Counted from the stretch's first letter, positions 22,411 to 33,241 are shown. The stretch: 64,000 nucleotides of DNA from Thermoanaerobaculia bacterium (GCA_963666565.1 OY762911.1:2784001-2848000), one strand, 5' to 3'. Numbers and translations: made by a program. Notes: generated by a model not told the origin, from the sequence alone.

Positions 22411-23733
22411 CTACGACCCGCGCGCCGCCCGTTCGATGCCCCGCGCCTCGTCGACCCGCAGCAGCAGCAGGCCGCCGACCAGGAAGAAGACGAGGACGAC
22501 CCCGATGCCGGCGCGCTGCCCGTAGCCGGCGGTGATGACCCCGAGCAGCATCGGCCCCAGGAAGGCCGTCGCCTTGCCCGAGAAGGCGAAGAAGCCGAAG
22601 AACTCGGACTCGTAGCGCCTGGGGGCGAAACGGGCCATCAGCGACCGGCTCGCCGACTGGTTGGGACCCATGAACAGGCCGAGGACCAGGGCCGCCCCCC
22701 AGAACCAGGCCTTGCTCGGCGCGGCGACCGCGACCAGGGAGCAGACGAACAGGCCGACCAGGCTCCAGAGCACGGTGGCGCGGCCGCCCACCCGGTCGTC
22801 CATCAGGCCGAAGAGGAAGGCGCCCGCGCCGGCCGCGACGTTGAGCGCGATGCCGAACACGATGACTTCCGCCGTGTCCATGCCGAAGGTGCCGGCGGCG
22901 TAGACGCCGCCGAAGGCGAACACGGTGATCAGGCCGTCGTTGTAGATCAGGCGGGCGATCAGGAAGCGGACGATGTCTCGGAAGTCCCGGATGCGCGCGA
23001 AGGTGCGGGCGAGATCCCGGAAAGACTCCCGGACCGATGCGGCGATGCCGCCTCCGCCGCCGCGGGCCGGAACGGCGTCGCGGACGGCCAGGAGCATCGG
23101 CAGGCTGAAGAGCAGGAACCAGCCCGCGACGAGCAGGTTCGAGGCGCGGACGTTGAAGCCGTCTTCCGTGCCGAGCGGCAGCCAGGGCGGCGAGTCGCCG
23201 AGGCCGATCAGGCCCAGCAGCGCCAGCACCAGGCAGACCAGGCCGCCGGCATAGCCCAGGCCCCAGGCGTAGCCCGAGATCCGTCCGATCGTCGCCGGGG
23301 TCGACAACTGGGGCAGGAACGCGTTGTAGAACACCATGCCGACCTCGAAGCCGACGTTCGCGACGACGAACAGGGTGAGGGCGGCCAGGACGGCGTTGCC
23401 GCTTCCCGGAACGACGAAGGCGAGCCAGGCGGTCGCCGCCACCGAGATCAGGGTGGCGGCCGCCAGGAAGCGGCGACGAAGCCCCGAGCGGTCGGCCATG
23501 GCGCCGAGCACCGGGGAGACGAGCGCGATGACCAGCGAGCTGATCGTGATCCCGCGCGACCAGAGAACGGTGCCGCGGTCCGCGTCCGCCGCGAAGGTCT
23601 GGGAGAAGTAGGTGGCGTAGACGAAGGTCACCACCAGGGTGGTGAAGGCGGAGTTGGCCCAGTCGTAGAGGCACCACGAGAAGACCGCCCCGCGGCGGGC
23701 GGCCGGCTGCGATCCGCTGCCGCCGGCGCTCAG
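22411..23733 (-). CDS. MFS transporter (UMF1/Atg22 family)
   Basis: SWCLYDWANSAF, FYNAFLP, GPNQSASRSLM, EFFGF. Start approximate. Confidence 0.88.
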   Translation of the reverse strand: MSAGGSGSQPAARRGAVFSWCLYDWANSAFTTLVVTFVYATYFSQTFAADADRGTVLWSRGITISSLVIALVSPVLGAMADRSGLRRRFLAAATLISVAATAWLAFVVPGSGNAVLAALTLFVVANVGFEVGMVFYNAFLPQLSTPATIGRISGYAWGLGYAGGLVCLVLALLGLIGLGDSPPWLPLGTEDGFNVRASNLLVAGWFLLFSLPMLLAVRDAVPARGGGGGIAASVRESFRDLARTFARIRDFRDIVRFLIARLIYNDGLITVFAFGGVYAAGTFGMDTAEVIVFGIALNVAAGAGAFLFGLMDDRVGGRATVLWSLVGLFVCSLVAVAAPSKAWFWGAALVLGLFMGPNQSASRSLMARFAPRRYESEFFGFFAFSGKATAFLGPMLLGVITAGYGQRAGIGVVLVFFLVGGLLLLRVDEARGIERAARGS

Positions 23734-24587
23734 AACGGCTCGTCCTCCCACCAGGGGAACCAGGGCGGCAGGTCGCGGCTGACCGCCATCGGGAACCGGG
23801 CCGGGCGCTTCTCGAGGAAGGACGTCACGCCCTCCGCCGCGTCGTCGCTGCGGCCGCGGGAGAAGATCCCCTTCGACTCCACGCGGTGGGCGGCCATCGG
23901 CGACTCCGCGGTCAGCCCCTTCCACAGCATGTGACGGGTCAGCGTCACGGACACCGGCGACGCGTTGGCGGCGATCTCCGCGGCGAGTTCGCGGGCCGCG
24001 GGCAGGAGTTCCCCGGGTTCGAGGACGCGGCTGACGAGCCCGGCCTCGAGCGCCTCCGACGCGGGGAAGACGCGTCCGCTCAGCGCCCACTCCGAGGCCT
24101 TGCCCATGCCGACGAGACGCGGCAGGAACCAGGTGCTGCAGGCTTCCGGCACCATGCCGCGGCGAACGAAGACGAAGCCCATCCGCGCCTCGGTCGAGGC
24201 GATGCGGACATCCATGGGGAGGGTCATCGTGATGCCGACGCCGACCGCCGGCCCGTTGATCGCCGCGACGATCGGCTTCTTCAGATCCCAGATGCGGAGC
24301 GACAGCACCCCGCCGCCGTCGCGAAACTCCTCGATGGCGGCCCGCGAGCGGGCGAACGTGTCGCCGCCGGAGGACAGGTCGGCGCCGGCGCAGAAGCCGC
24401 GCCCCGCTCCCGTCACGACGATCGCGCGCACCGCGTCGTCCGCGTCGGCGCGGTCGAAGGCGTCGACCATCTCGGCGTGCATCTTGCCGTTGAACGCGTT
24501 CAGGATCTCGGGCCGGTTCATCGTGAGGACGAGGACGCCGTCGGCCAGTTCGGTGCGGATCGTCTCGTAGGGGGGCTGGTCGCTCAT
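23730..24587 (-). CDS. Enoyl-CoA hydratase/crotonase family protein
   Basis: NRPE.LNAF, FCAGADLS, KPIVAAINGPAVGVG. Confidence 0.9.
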   Translation of the reverse strand: MSDQPPYETIRTELADGVLVLTMNRPEILNAFNGKMHAEMVDAFDRADADDAVRAIVVTGAGRGFCAGADLSSGGDTFARSRAAIEEFRDGGGVLSLRIWDLKKPIVAAINGPAVGVGITMTLPMDVRIASTEARMGFVFVRRGMVPEACSTWFLPRLVGMGKASEWALSGRVFPASEALEAGLVSRVLEPGELLPAARELAAEIAANASPVSVTLTRHMLWKGLTAESPMAAHRVESKGIFSRGRSDDAAEGVTSFLEKRPARFPMAVSRDLPPWFPWWEDEPF

Positions 24588-24612
24588 CCGGACTCGTCTC
24601 CTCGCCTTCTCT

Positions 24613-25884
24613 TCAGCTTGTCGGCGCCAGGCCCGGCACGGGGAAGCGCAGGCAGAATCGTTCGATGTCCCGGCGCATCGCCTCAAGCCGGTCCTCGTCG
24701 CCGTGGCGTCGCAAGGCGTCCACGATCCACTCGGCGAGCAGCTTCATCTCCGCCTCTTCCATGCCGCGCGCGGTCGCGGCCGGGCTGCCGAGGCGGATGC
24801 CGCTGGGCCGCAACGGCGGCCGCGGATCGTCCGGAATCAACTGCTTGTTCACGGTGATCGACACCCGGTCCAGCGTCTCCTCCGCGACCCGTCCGTCGAT
24901 GCCGAAGCTCCTCTCGGTGTCGAGCACCATCATGTGGTTCTCGGTGCCGCCGGTGACCAGTTCGGCGCCCCGCCTCATCAGCTCGTCCGCCAGCACCTTC
25001 GCGTTGGTCAGCACCTGCCGCGCGTAAACCGCGAACTCCGGTTCGAGCGCCTTGCCCAGGGCGATCGCCAGGGCGGCCACGGCGTTCATGTGGGGACCGC
25101 CCTGGAGGCCGGGGAAGACCGCCTTGTCGATCTTCAGCCGGTGCTCCTTGCGGCAGAGGATGAGGCCGCTGCGGGGGCCGCGCAGCGTCTTGTGCCCCGT
25201 GGTCGTCATCACGTCGAAGCCGAAGTCGAGCGGGTTGTCCATCGCGTTGCCCGCGATCAGGCCGCCGATGTGGGATACGTCCGCCATCGTCAGCGCGCCC
25301 ACGTCGTCGGCGACGCGCTTGAACTCGCGGTAGTCGTAGTCCCGCGGGTAGGACGAGTAGCCGCAGAGGATCATCTTCGGCTTGTGCTCGCGGGCCTGGG
25401 CGAGCAGGGCGTCGAAGTCGATGGCGCCCTCGTTGGCCGGGTCGGTCCGGTAGCGGATGAAATGGAAGACGCGGCCCATGTGGGACACCGGCGCGCCGTG
25501 GGTGAGGTGGCCGCCGTGCGAAAGGTCCATCGCCAGCACCGTGTCGCCGGGATCGAGGAAGGCGAAGTAGGCGGCCTGGTTCATCGGCGAGCCGGACAGC
25601 GCCTGGACGTTCGCGTGCTCGGCCCGGAACACCCGGCAGGCGCGCTCGATCGCCAGCCGCTCCACGGCGTCCGTGAACTCCTGGCCGCCGTAGTAGCGGC
25701 GGCCGGGGTAGCCCTCCGCGTACTTGTTCGTCAGCACGGAACCGTTGGCCGCGAACACCTCGGGGTACGTGTAGTTCTCCGACGGGATCAGCTCGACGCC
25801 GCGGCGCTCCCGCTCCTCCTCGCCGGCGATGGCGGCCCAGACCGCGGGATCGCTGCGTTCCAGCGCCTGCCGGTTGGAATCCAC
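24613..25884 (-). CDS. glyA: Serine hydroxymethyltransferase
   Basis: LTNKYAEGYPGRRYYGG, GGHLTHG, TTTGHKTLRGPR, FPGLQGGP. Confidence 0.96.
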   Translation of the reverse strand: MDSNRQALERSDPAVWAAIAGEEERERRGVELIPSENYTYPEVFAANGSVLTNKYAEGYPGRRYYGGQEFTDAVERLAIERACRVFRAEHANVQALSGSPMNQAAYFAFLDPGDTVLAMDLSHGGHLTHGAPVSHMGRVFHFIRYRTDPANEGAIDFDALLAQAREHKPKMILCGYSSYPRDYDYREFKRVADDVGALTMADVSHIGGLIAGNAMDNPLDFGFDVMTTTGHKTLRGPRSGLILCRKEHRLKIDKAVFPGLQGGPHMNAVAALAIALGKALEPEFAVYARQVLTNAKVLADELMRRGAELVTGGTENHMMVLDTERSFGIDGRVAEETLDRVSITVNKQLIPDDPRPPLRPSGIRLGSPAATARGMEEAEMKLLAEWIVDALRRHGDEDRLEAMRRDIERFCLRFPVPGLAPTS

Positions 25885-25975
25885 TACGCGGCTTCTCCGA
25901 AGTCGATCGGTTGGCGGAAGGCGCCGGCGGCCCCGGTCGGAGCCGCGTGCCGGCGTCTTCGCTCGCGGCGGGAAG

Positions 25976-26596
25976 CTACTCGAGCGCCGCCTTCGCGGCC
26001 TCGAGCAGAACCGTTTCCGGCAGACGGACCATGTAGTCCGGGTTCACGTAGTGGAAGGCGATCCGGCCCTCCGTGTCGAGCACGAAGACGGCGGGCACCG
26101 GCAGCATGTGGTGATCGTCCCCCGCGTACGCCTCCAGATCGAGCCCGTAGCTCTCCCGGTAGGTGCGCACCAGCTCTTCGTCGCGGAAGGCGATGCCGAA
26201 CGCCTGCGAGGCCGCCATGCCCCGATCCGAGAGGAGCCGGTAGTTCAGCTCGTTCTTGTCGACCGTGGCCCGCAGTTGTTCCGCGACATCCGGCGAGATG
26301 GCGAACAACCGGTAGCCGAGGCCGATCAGATCCTGTTCTATCTCCCGCAACTGACCCAGTTGCGTGTTGCAGTACGGTCACCAGCCGCCGCGGTAGAAGA
26401 TGAGGATCGTCGGCTGGGCCTTCGCCGCGGCCAGCAGATCGACCGTGCCGCCGTCCGCGGCCGGGAGTTCGACTTCGGGTACGGCGCTGCCGACCAGAAG
26501 CGGCCGGACATCCTCGGCGGATGTCGGCACGTCGGCGGCAAGCGCGGGAGAGGCGCAGACGAGGGCCGCGCCGGCCAGCAGAGTTCTCGTTTTCAT
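25976..26596 (-). CDS. Selenocysteine-containing peroxiredoxin-like (AhpC/TSA) protein, secreted
   Basis: Track ORFs 26378..26914 and 25976..26350 are in the same frame, joined by TGA at 26380-26378 to give FYRGGW-U-PYCN. Signal peptide and PVPAVFV motif present. Confidence 0.85.
26346..26364 (-). promoter_or_regulatory. Bacterial SECIS-like hairpin
   Basis: CGCAACTG-GGT-CAGTTGCG, perfect 8-bp stem starting 14 nt after the UGA, with G first in the loop. Confidence 0.75.
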
Positions 26597-26690
26597 GGCG
26601 GGAGAGTAACACGCAGCCGGGCGACCTTCGACCGCCCGAAGCCGGGCGCTCGGACCGTGACGCGGCTGCCGCGGGTACGGGTCAGCCGGG

Positions 26691-28448
26691 TCAGGGCTCC
26701 TGGGCGGCTTCGCGGGCGGCCCGCCGGCGCTCACGAATCTCGTCCCAGGGGACAACGCCGGTGCGGGCGGCCCAGTCGTTCCAGAGAGCGGCGAGGGCGG
26801 CGACCCGCTCCGGTTCTGCCGGTGCCAGATCGTTGGCCTCCGTGCGATCGGCGACGAGGTCGTAGAGCTCCCACGGTCCGGGATAGCGGGACACCAGCTT
26901 CCACTTGCCGGCACGGACCGCCCGGTTGCCCTCGTGCTCCCAGAACACGGCCTCTCGTCCGAGCCGCTGGTCCTGAAAGGCCGGCAGCAGGCTCGTCCCC
27001 TCGACCGGGATGGATCCCCTGCCGGCGCGGTTCGCTGGGTGGAGGGCGCCGGCGGCGTCGAGCGCGGTCGCCATCAGGTCGATGACGTGTGCGGTTTCTC
27101 GCGCGATGCCGCCGCCGTCGGCGATCCGCGCCGGCCAGTGAACGATCAGCGGCGAGGCGATGCCGCCTTCGTGGACCCAGTGCTTGTACAGGCGGAACGG
27201 CGTGTTGCTGACGTGCGCCCAGTGCGGGCCGTAGCTCTGGTAGCTCGACTCCGGTCCGGGGAGCACGCTCGTGTCGTTGCCGACGGCGACCGGGCTGCCG
27301 TCCAGGGCCTGGCGCGGGATCGCGAGGCCGGTCCAACGGTCCGTCAGGACCTCGGCGCAACCGCCGTTGTCGGCCAGGAACAGGATCAGCGCGTTGTCGA
27401 GCCGGCCGGTCTCCTCGAGTGCCGCCACCAACTCCCCGATCCCCCGATCCATGCGGTCGATCTGCGCGGCGTAGACCTCCATCGCCCGTTCGAACCAGGC
27501 ACGTTCGTCCTCGGAGATCTCCTCCCAGGCGGGCACTCGTGGATCGCGCTCGGCGAGCGGCCAGTCGTCGTCGATGAGACCCAGTTCGATCAGCCGCATG
27601 CGGCGCTCTTCCCGGATCGCGTCCCAACCCGCCGCGTAGCGACCCCGGTAGCGCTCGATGTCCTCCGGCAGGGCGTGGAGAGGCCAGTGCGGCGCCGTGT
27701 GGGCGACGTACAGAAACAATGGATTGCCGCTCCGGTCGCCGGCCGCGTGCTCGCGCACGAAGCGCGCCGCGTAGTCCGAGATCGCGTCGGTGTAGTAGTA
27801 GTCCGGTGAGCCGGGGTCTTCTGGCGGTTCCAACTCGACCGGCGTGTTGCCTTCCGTCAGGGTGATCGGGTCGTAGAAGCTGCCGGCGCCGTGAATCGTG
27901 CCGTAGAAGCGGTCGAAACCGCGCTGCAAAGGCCAGTTGTGGGTCGACGTCAGTTCGCGGTTGCCGCTCCAGTGCCCGACGTGGCGGGTGACGTGCCACT
28001 TGCCGGACATGTACGTGCCGTAGCCGGCTTCGCCCAGCGCTTCGGCGATTGTCACCGCGTTGGCGGCGAGGTCGCCGCGGTATCCCGGCAACCCGTCGTC
28101 GCCCATCATGTGGCCGACGCCGGCCTGGTGCGCGTAGAGGCCGGTGAGCAGGGACGCGCGGGTCGGGCAGCAGCGGGCCGTGTTGTAGAAGTGGCTGAAG
28201 CGCAGGCCGTCGGCCGCCAGACGGTCGAGGTGGGGCGTGCCGATCTCGCCGCCATAGCTGCCGAGGTCGGAGAAACCCATGTCGTCCGCCATGATCAGGA
28301 CGATGTCGGGCCGCGGCGCGGAGTCCGTGCCGCCGCAACCGGAGAGCGCGAGCAGGGCTGCCGCGATCGGCGCGGCGAAGGCGACCGCCCGGCGAGACCG
28401 GGGAAGATCGCCGGCCCGGTTCTCGCGCGGATGCCTGGATGACCGCAT
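26691..28448 (-). CDS. Arylsulfatase (Cys-type), probable lipoprotein
   Basis: IMADDMG, CCPTRASLLTG (CxPxR), GKWH, LSGC lipobox. Confidence 0.92.
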   Translation of the reverse strand: MRSSRHPRENRAGDLPRSRRAVAFAAPIAAALLALSGCGGTDSAPRPDIVLIMADDMGFSDLGSYGGEIGTPHLDRLAADGLRFSHFYNTARCCPTRASLLTGLYAHQAGVGHMMGDDGLPGYRGDLAANAVTIAEALGEAGYGTYMSGKWHVTRHVGHWSGNRELTSTHNWPLQRGFDRFYGTIHGAGSFYDPITLTEGNTPVELEPPEDPGSPDYYYTDAISDYAARFVREHAAGDRSGNPLFLYVAHTAPHWPLHALPEDIERYRGRYAAGWDAIREERRMRLIELGLIDDDWPLAERDPRVPAWEEISEDERAWFERAMEVYAAQIDRMDRGIGELVAALEETGRLDNALILFLADNGGCAEVLTDRWTGLAIPRQALDGSPVAVGNDTSVLPGPESSYQSYGPHWAHVSNTPFRLYKHWVHEGGIASPLIVHWPARIADGGGIARETAHVIDLMATALDAAGALHPANRAGRGSIPVEGTSLLPAFQDQRLGREAVFWEHEGNRAVRAGKWKLVSRYPGPWELYDLVADRTEANDLAPAEPERVAALAALWNDWAARTGVVPWDEIRERRRAAREAAQEP

Positions 28449-28609
28449 CGCGGCAGTGTACTCAGGTTCGGGCTTCGGCCGGGTGCGTTTCGCCGACAGA
28501 CGTCGAGTGCCCGGGAGCACCCGACCGCGGTCGGACACGGTGGCTGGTAGCGTGGCCGCCGACTGCGAACGACTCCGGGAGCATCCGTGGTCGGAGCGAC
28601 ATCGAGGCC

Positions 28610-29095
28610 TTGCAGGTGGACCGCGATACCTACCGAAGTCTGATCGGACAGTTCGCTACCGGCGTCACGGTGGTGACGACCAACGTCGGCGGCCGGCTCC
28701 ACGGCATGACCGCGAACGCGGTGTGCTCGTTGTCGCTCGATCCGCTGCAGTTGCTCGTCTGCGTGGACCGCGAGTCGAACTGCTACTCGCAGATGCAGGC
28801 GGCGGAGGCGTTCGGCGTCAGCATCCTCGCCGCCGACCAGGAGGAGGTGTCGAACCGGTTCGCGCGGACCACGAAGCCCGCGGAGGGTTCCCTCCAGGGC
28901 GTGGAGTACCGGCTCGGCAGCCTGGGCGAGCCCCTGATCGAGGACGCGCTGGCGCACCTCGAATGCCGCATCGCGGACAGGCTCGACGGCGGCGACCACA
29001 TCATCGTGATCGGCGACGTGGTAGCTGGCGGGCAGGCGCGCGAGGCGGCGCCGCTGCTGTTCTACGGCGGTCGCTACGCCCGGCTCGCTCCATGA
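28610..29095 (+). CDS. Flavin reductase family protein
   Basis: GQFATGVTVVT, GMTANA..SLSLDP, GGDHIIVIG. Confidence 0.9.
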   Translation: MQVDRDTYRSLIGQFATGVTVVTTNVGGRLHGMTANAVCSLSLDPLQLLVCVDRESNCYSQMQAAEAFGVSILAADQEEVSNRFARTTKPAEGSLQGVEYRLGSLGEPLIEDALAHLECRIADRLDGGDHIIVIGDVVAGGQAREAAPLLFYGGRYARLAP

Positions 29096-29127
29096 CCCGG
29101 CGCGGCGGAGATTGCGTGCGCCGGCGT

Positions 29128-29179
29128 GACATCCGACCGCGCGCGGACGGGCGCTCGGACTGTGACGCGGCTGGCGCGG
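29128..29179 (+). repeat. Intergenic copy of the 50-nt repeat
   Basis: Near-identical to the reverse complement of 17741-17792. Confidence 0.75.
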
Positions 29180-29261
29180 GATCGCGCCATTCGGGTTCTC
29201 GCCCGCATCCTGCGCGAAGCGCCGGCTTCCGGGCTTTCTGCCGCGCCAGGAAAGGCTGCCG

Positions 29262-30416
29262 TCAGGCCACCAGCGGACAGCTCGGGTCGAACGCGCGGTC
29301 GACCGCGGCCAGGTCGACGATCGCCTCGCCGATCGTCTCGCGGACCGTCGCGCCCTGCTCGATTCGGCGCAGCCATTGAATCGCCGGATTGCCCCGTTCC
29401 AGGATCTCCTCGATCGGATCGAGGAGGGCGGCGAAGCCATGGCGCTCCGCCGTCTCGCGGGCGCCTTCGAGCATCGATGCGGCCCGGTCGCGGAACGTGG
29501 CGGCGCTGCCGTCGACCCAGTTCAGGCCGGTCGCGTCGAGGCTCGCCACGCTCGCGGCACGTTCGTTCGCGGCGGCAAGTTCCTCCAGTTCCCGCGACGA
29601 TCGTCCGCGCAGGGGATCGATCTCCGGGTCCTCCAGGACCTGCCATACCCGGGCTTCGTATAGGGCGGTGACCGCCTGGAGGATGTGCGGTTCGCTGATC
29701 CGGTCGCAGATCCGGAGTTCCAGGCGATCCAGATTCCTGGGCGTCGCCGGTCCGTTCGGCCGGATGCCGAGCCAGAGATGGCGCTGGTTCTGCATCGTGC
29801 CGTTGTCGAGCTGCTCGTCCATCCAGGCGGCGAACGAGGCATGGTCGGGGAAGAACGGCACCCGTTCCGGGGTCAGCGGGAAGCGCAGCCAGCGGCTGGA
29901 GTGCTGGCCGGTCGGTTTGCCGGCCAGGAACGGCGACGCCGCGGTCAGGGCCAGGAAGATCGAGGCCTCCAGCCGCAGCACCCGCCAGGCGCGCAGCAGT
30001 TCCTCCGGTTCGTCGATCCCGAGGTTGATGTGGGTGGAGGCGGTGACTACCCGGTTGCCGTAGGCGTCCCGGATGTAGCGGTAGTAGGGGTTGTCCGGGT
30101 CGGAGAAGTGGAAGGAGTCCGGGTCGGCCAGGGACAGCGCGCCGCCCGGCACCAGGGTGCAGCCGTGCTCGACCTCCAGGTAGCGCCGCAGGGCGCAGCG
30201 CTTCGCCATCAGGCGATCGATCAGGATCCGGTAGCTCCGGTAGGGCGCGGTGGTGAACTCGACGTTGCGCCCGTCCGGCTCGGTGGTGTAGCCGTCCATC
30301 GCCGCCTTGACCTGGGCCGAGAGCGGCAGCACATGGCCGTCGGCCGTACCGGTGTAGACCTCCTCTTCGAGGCCCTTGAGCAACTGGCGGTGCGGCGGTG
30401 CTTGGTCGGCGGTCAT
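29262..30416 (-). CDS. gshA: Glutamate--cysteine ligase (GCS2), cyanobacterial-type
   Basis: LLKGLEEEVYTGT, EPDGRNVEFTTAP, VVTASTHINLG, RPNG...LDRLELRICD. Confidence 0.8.
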   Translation of the reverse strand: MTADQAPPHRQLLKGLEEEVYTGTADGHVLPLSAQVKAAMDGYTTEPDGRNVEFTTAPYRSYRILIDRLMAKRCALRRYLEVEHGCTLVPGGALSLADPDSFHFSDPDNPYYRYIRDAYGNRVVTASTHINLGIDEPEELLRAWRVLRLEASIFLALTAASPFLAGKPTGQHSSRWLRFPLTPERVPFFPDHASFAAWMDEQLDNGTMQNQRHLWLGIRPNGPATPRNLDRLELRICDRISEPHILQAVTALYEARVWQVLEDPEIDPLRGRSSRELEELAAANERAASVASLDATGLNWVDGSAATFRDRAASMLEGARETAERHGFAALLDPIEEILERGNPAIQWLRRIEQGATVRETIGEAIVDLAAVDRAFDPSCPLVA

Positions 30417-30647
30417 CTTGAACGCAGGCGCGGCACGGGTTGCTGGGGATCCGTGAAGCGCGGAGCGACTCAGGCGCCGCGGCGCCGGTCAGGGGCGCGA
30501 TCCTAGCAACTCGGCGATACGGCGGGCCGCGACCGGCGGCGGGACCCACCGCGGCACTGCGCTACGATTCGCCGCCAATGTCCCCTGCCACGCGGCGCGA
30601 AGGTCGCGTCCCGGACCGGCCCCGCCAACTTCCGAGGAGCCCCGGAG

Positions 30648-31571
30648 ATGAAGCTCGCCCTTGAGTTCCCCAGCGTCGTGTACCGCGAGGGTCCGGACGC
30701 CATCGCCCGCCTGGCCGCGGCGATGGACGAGATCGGCTTCGATCAGCTCGACATCTTCGACCACGTGGTGATGGGCCACGACACGGAGGGTCGGGAGAAG
30801 AACCGCTATCCGGCGAAGATGCCGATCATGGAGGCGTTCGCGACGCTTGGCTACATGGCGGCATGCACGTCCCGCATCGGGCTCGGCACGGAGGTTCTGG
30901 TGCTGCCTCAGCGCGACCCGGTGCTCACCGCGAAGCAGGCGGCGACCCTGGACACCCTCTCGGGCGGCCGTCTCCGGCTCGGCCTGGGGGTCGGCTGGCA
31001 GGAGTCGGAGTACGAGGCCCTGGGCCAGGAGTTCCGCAACCGCGGCCGGCGCATGGACGAGGCGATCGAGGTGCTCCGCGCCTGCTGGAGCCAGGATCCC
31101 ATCGACTTCGAGGGCGAGTTCTACCGGCTCGAGGCGATGGCGATGGAGCCGAAGCCGCCGCACGGCGCCGGGTTGCCGATCTGGATCGGCGGCCACAGCG
31201 AGGCGGCCCTTCGCCGGGCGGGCCGGCTTGCCGACGGCTGGATGGGCGTCGCTTCGCCGGAGCTGTTCGAGGACGGCGACCGGGCCATCGCCACGGTGCG
31301 CCGGCACGCCGAGAAGGCCGGCCGGGACCCCTCGGCGCTCGAATTCCAGGCCCAGGTCTCGCCGCCGCCGCGCCCCGGCAACGAGAGCGACCGGACCTTC
31401 TACACGGAACCGGACCGGGTCGCCGCGGCCGCCGCGAAGCTCGGCGAGATGGGCTTCGACGGCGTGGCGCTGAACCTGACCGGCCTGTTCCTGGCCGGCG
31501 CGCGGACGGTGGACGCGATGATCGACGGCGCCGCCGCGCTGCACGAGAAGCTGAGGGCCGAACTGGACTGA
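30648..31571 (+). CDS. LLM-class (probably F420-dependent) oxidoreductase
   Basis: [46 protein letters not shown]. Confidence 0.88.
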   Translation: MKLALEFPSVVYREGPDAIARLAAAMDEIGFDQLDIFDHVVMGHDTEGREKNRYPAKMPIMEAFATLGYMAACTSRIGLGTEVLVLPQRDPVLTAKQAATLDTLSGGRLRLGLGVGWQESEYEALGQEFRNRGRRMDEAIEVLRACWSQDPIDFEGEFYRLEAMAMEPKPPHGAGLPIWIGGHSEAALRRAGRLADGWMGVASPELFEDGDRAIATVRRHAEKAGRDPSALEFQAQVSPPPRPGNESDRTFYTEPDRVAAAAAKLGEMGFDGVALNLTGLFLAGARTVDAMIDGAAALHEKLRAELD

Positions 31572-31581
31572 GGGAACCGAC

Positions 31582-33237
31582 GTGCCCGAACGACGACGAA
31601 TCCTGGTCACCACCGGCCTGCCCTACGCCAACGGTCCGCTGCATCTGGGCCACCTGGTCGAGGCGGTGCAGACGGACATCTGGTGCCGGCTGCAGCGGAT
31701 GCGGGGCCACGAGTGCTACCACGTCTGCGGAGATGACGCTCACGGCGCGCCGGTCATGCTGCGAGCCGAGCGGGAGGGGATCGACCCGGAGGAGCTGATC
31801 GTCCGGCTGTTCGACGAGCATCTGGAGGACTACCGGGCGTTCGCGATCCACTTCGACAACTTCTACACGACCCACTCTCCCGAGAACCGGGAACTGGTCG
31901 AGGGGATCTACGAGCGGCTGCGCGACCGCGGATCGATCGTCCGGCGGACGGTGCGGCAGTTCTACGACCCGGAGCGGGAGATGTTCCTGCCGGACCGCTT
32001 CATCAAGGGGACCTGCCCGCGCTGCGGCGCGAAGGACCAGAACGGCGACAGTTGCGACGAGTGCGGCTCGATCTACCAGCCGGCCGACCTGATCGATCCC
32101 CGGTCGACCATCACCGGCGCCCTGCCGGTCGAGAGGGAATCGGAGCACATCTTCGTGCGACTCTCCGACTACGGCGAACTGCTTGAGGAGTGGGTCGGCG
32201 ACGGACGTCTGCAGCGGGAGGTCTCGAACAAGCTCCGCGAGTGGTTCGACGAGGGGCTGCGGGACTGGGACATCTCCCGCGACGCGCCCTACTTCGGCAT
32301 CGAGATCCCGGACGCGCCGAACAAGTACTTCTACGTGTGGGCCGACGCCCCGGTCGGCTACATGGCCAGCTTCCGCCAGTTCTGCGACCGGAACGGGATC
32401 GCATTCGACGACTTCTGGGGCGCGGACAGCGACACCGAGCTGTACCACTTCATCGGCAAGGACATCCTCTACTTCCACTGCCTGTTCTGGCCGGCGATGC
32501 TGCACGCCGCCGGCTACCGAACGCCGTCGTCCGTGTTCGTCCACGGCTTCCTGACCGTCGACGGCGCCAAGATGTCGAAGTCGCGGGGCACCTTCGTCAT
32601 GGCGCGGACCTACCTGGAGCACCTGGACCCGGAGGCCTTCCGCTACTACATCGCGGCCAAGTTGAGCAACGGGCTCGCCGACATCGACCTCAACCTGGAG
32701 GACTTCGTCTTGCGGGTGAACTCCGATCTCGTCGGCAAGGTGGTGAACATCGCCAGCCGCTGCGCCGGTTTTCTGCACCGGCAGTTCGACGGCCGGCTGG
32801 CGGCGCGGCTCGACGCGGCCGAGCTCGCGACGGCGGCCGCCGCGGAGGCGGAGGAGATCGCCGAACTCTACGAGGGCCGCGACTACAACCGGGCGCTCCG
32901 CCGCGTCATCGCCCTGGCCGACCGCGCCAACCGCTACGTCGACGAGCGGCGGCCCTGGGAGGCGGCGCGCGACCCGGAGCGCGCCGCGGAGGTGCAGGAG
33001 GTCTGCACCACGGGTCTCGAGCTGTTCCGGCAACTCGTCGTGTACCTGAAGCCGGTCGTGCCGGTGATCGCCGGCCGGGCCGAGTCCTTCCTGCGGACGG
33101 GGCCGCTCGCCTGGGACGACGTTCACACGCCGCTGCTCGACCGCGAGATCGATCCCTTCGAGCCCCTGTTCACGCGGGTGCGGCGGGAGCAGGTGGCGGC
33201 GATGATCGCCGCTTCGGGCGAGGACGGCGCCGGGTGA
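31582..33237 (+). CDS. metG: Methionine--tRNA ligase (short form, no C-terminal tRNA-binding domain)
   Basis: [11 protein letters not shown], Zn knuckle CPRC..CDEC, FIGKDI, KMSKS. Confidence 0.96.
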   Translation: MPERRRILVTTGLPYANGPLHLGHLVEAVQTDIWCRLQRMRGHECYHVCGDDAHGAPVMLRAEREGIDPEELIVRLFDEHLEDYRAFAIHFDNFYTTHSPENRELVEGIYERLRDRGSIVRRTVRQFYDPEREMFLPDRFIKGTCPRCGAKDQNGDSCDECGSIYQPADLIDPRSTITGALPVERESEHIFVRLSDYGELLEEWVGDGRLQREVSNKLREWFDEGLRDWDISRDAPYFGIEIPDAPNKYFYVWADAPVGYMASFRQFCDRNGIAFDDFWGADSDTELYHFIGKDILYFHCLFWPAMLHAAGYRTPSSVFVHGFLTVDGAKMSKSRGTFVMARTYLEHLDPEAFRYYIAAKLSNGLADIDLNLEDFVLRVNSDLVGKVVNIASRCAGFLHRQFDGRLAARLDAAELATAAAAEAEEIAELYEGRDYNRALRRVIALADRANRYVDERRPWEAARDPERAAEVQEVCTTGLELFRQLVVYLKPVVPVIAGRAESFLRTGPLAWDDVHTPLLDREIDPFEPLFTRVRREQVAAMIAASGEDGAG

Positions 33238-33241
33238 ACCG

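Noticed and set aside
25885-25975. ZTP or other riboswitch upstream of glyA
   Set aside because: Short GC-rich spacer with no recognisable aptamer motifs.
25976-26596. Pseudogene reading of the split peroxiredoxin
   Set aside because: The stop is TGA, in frame, at the catalytic Cys position and followed by a SECIS-like hairpin; both halves are intact.
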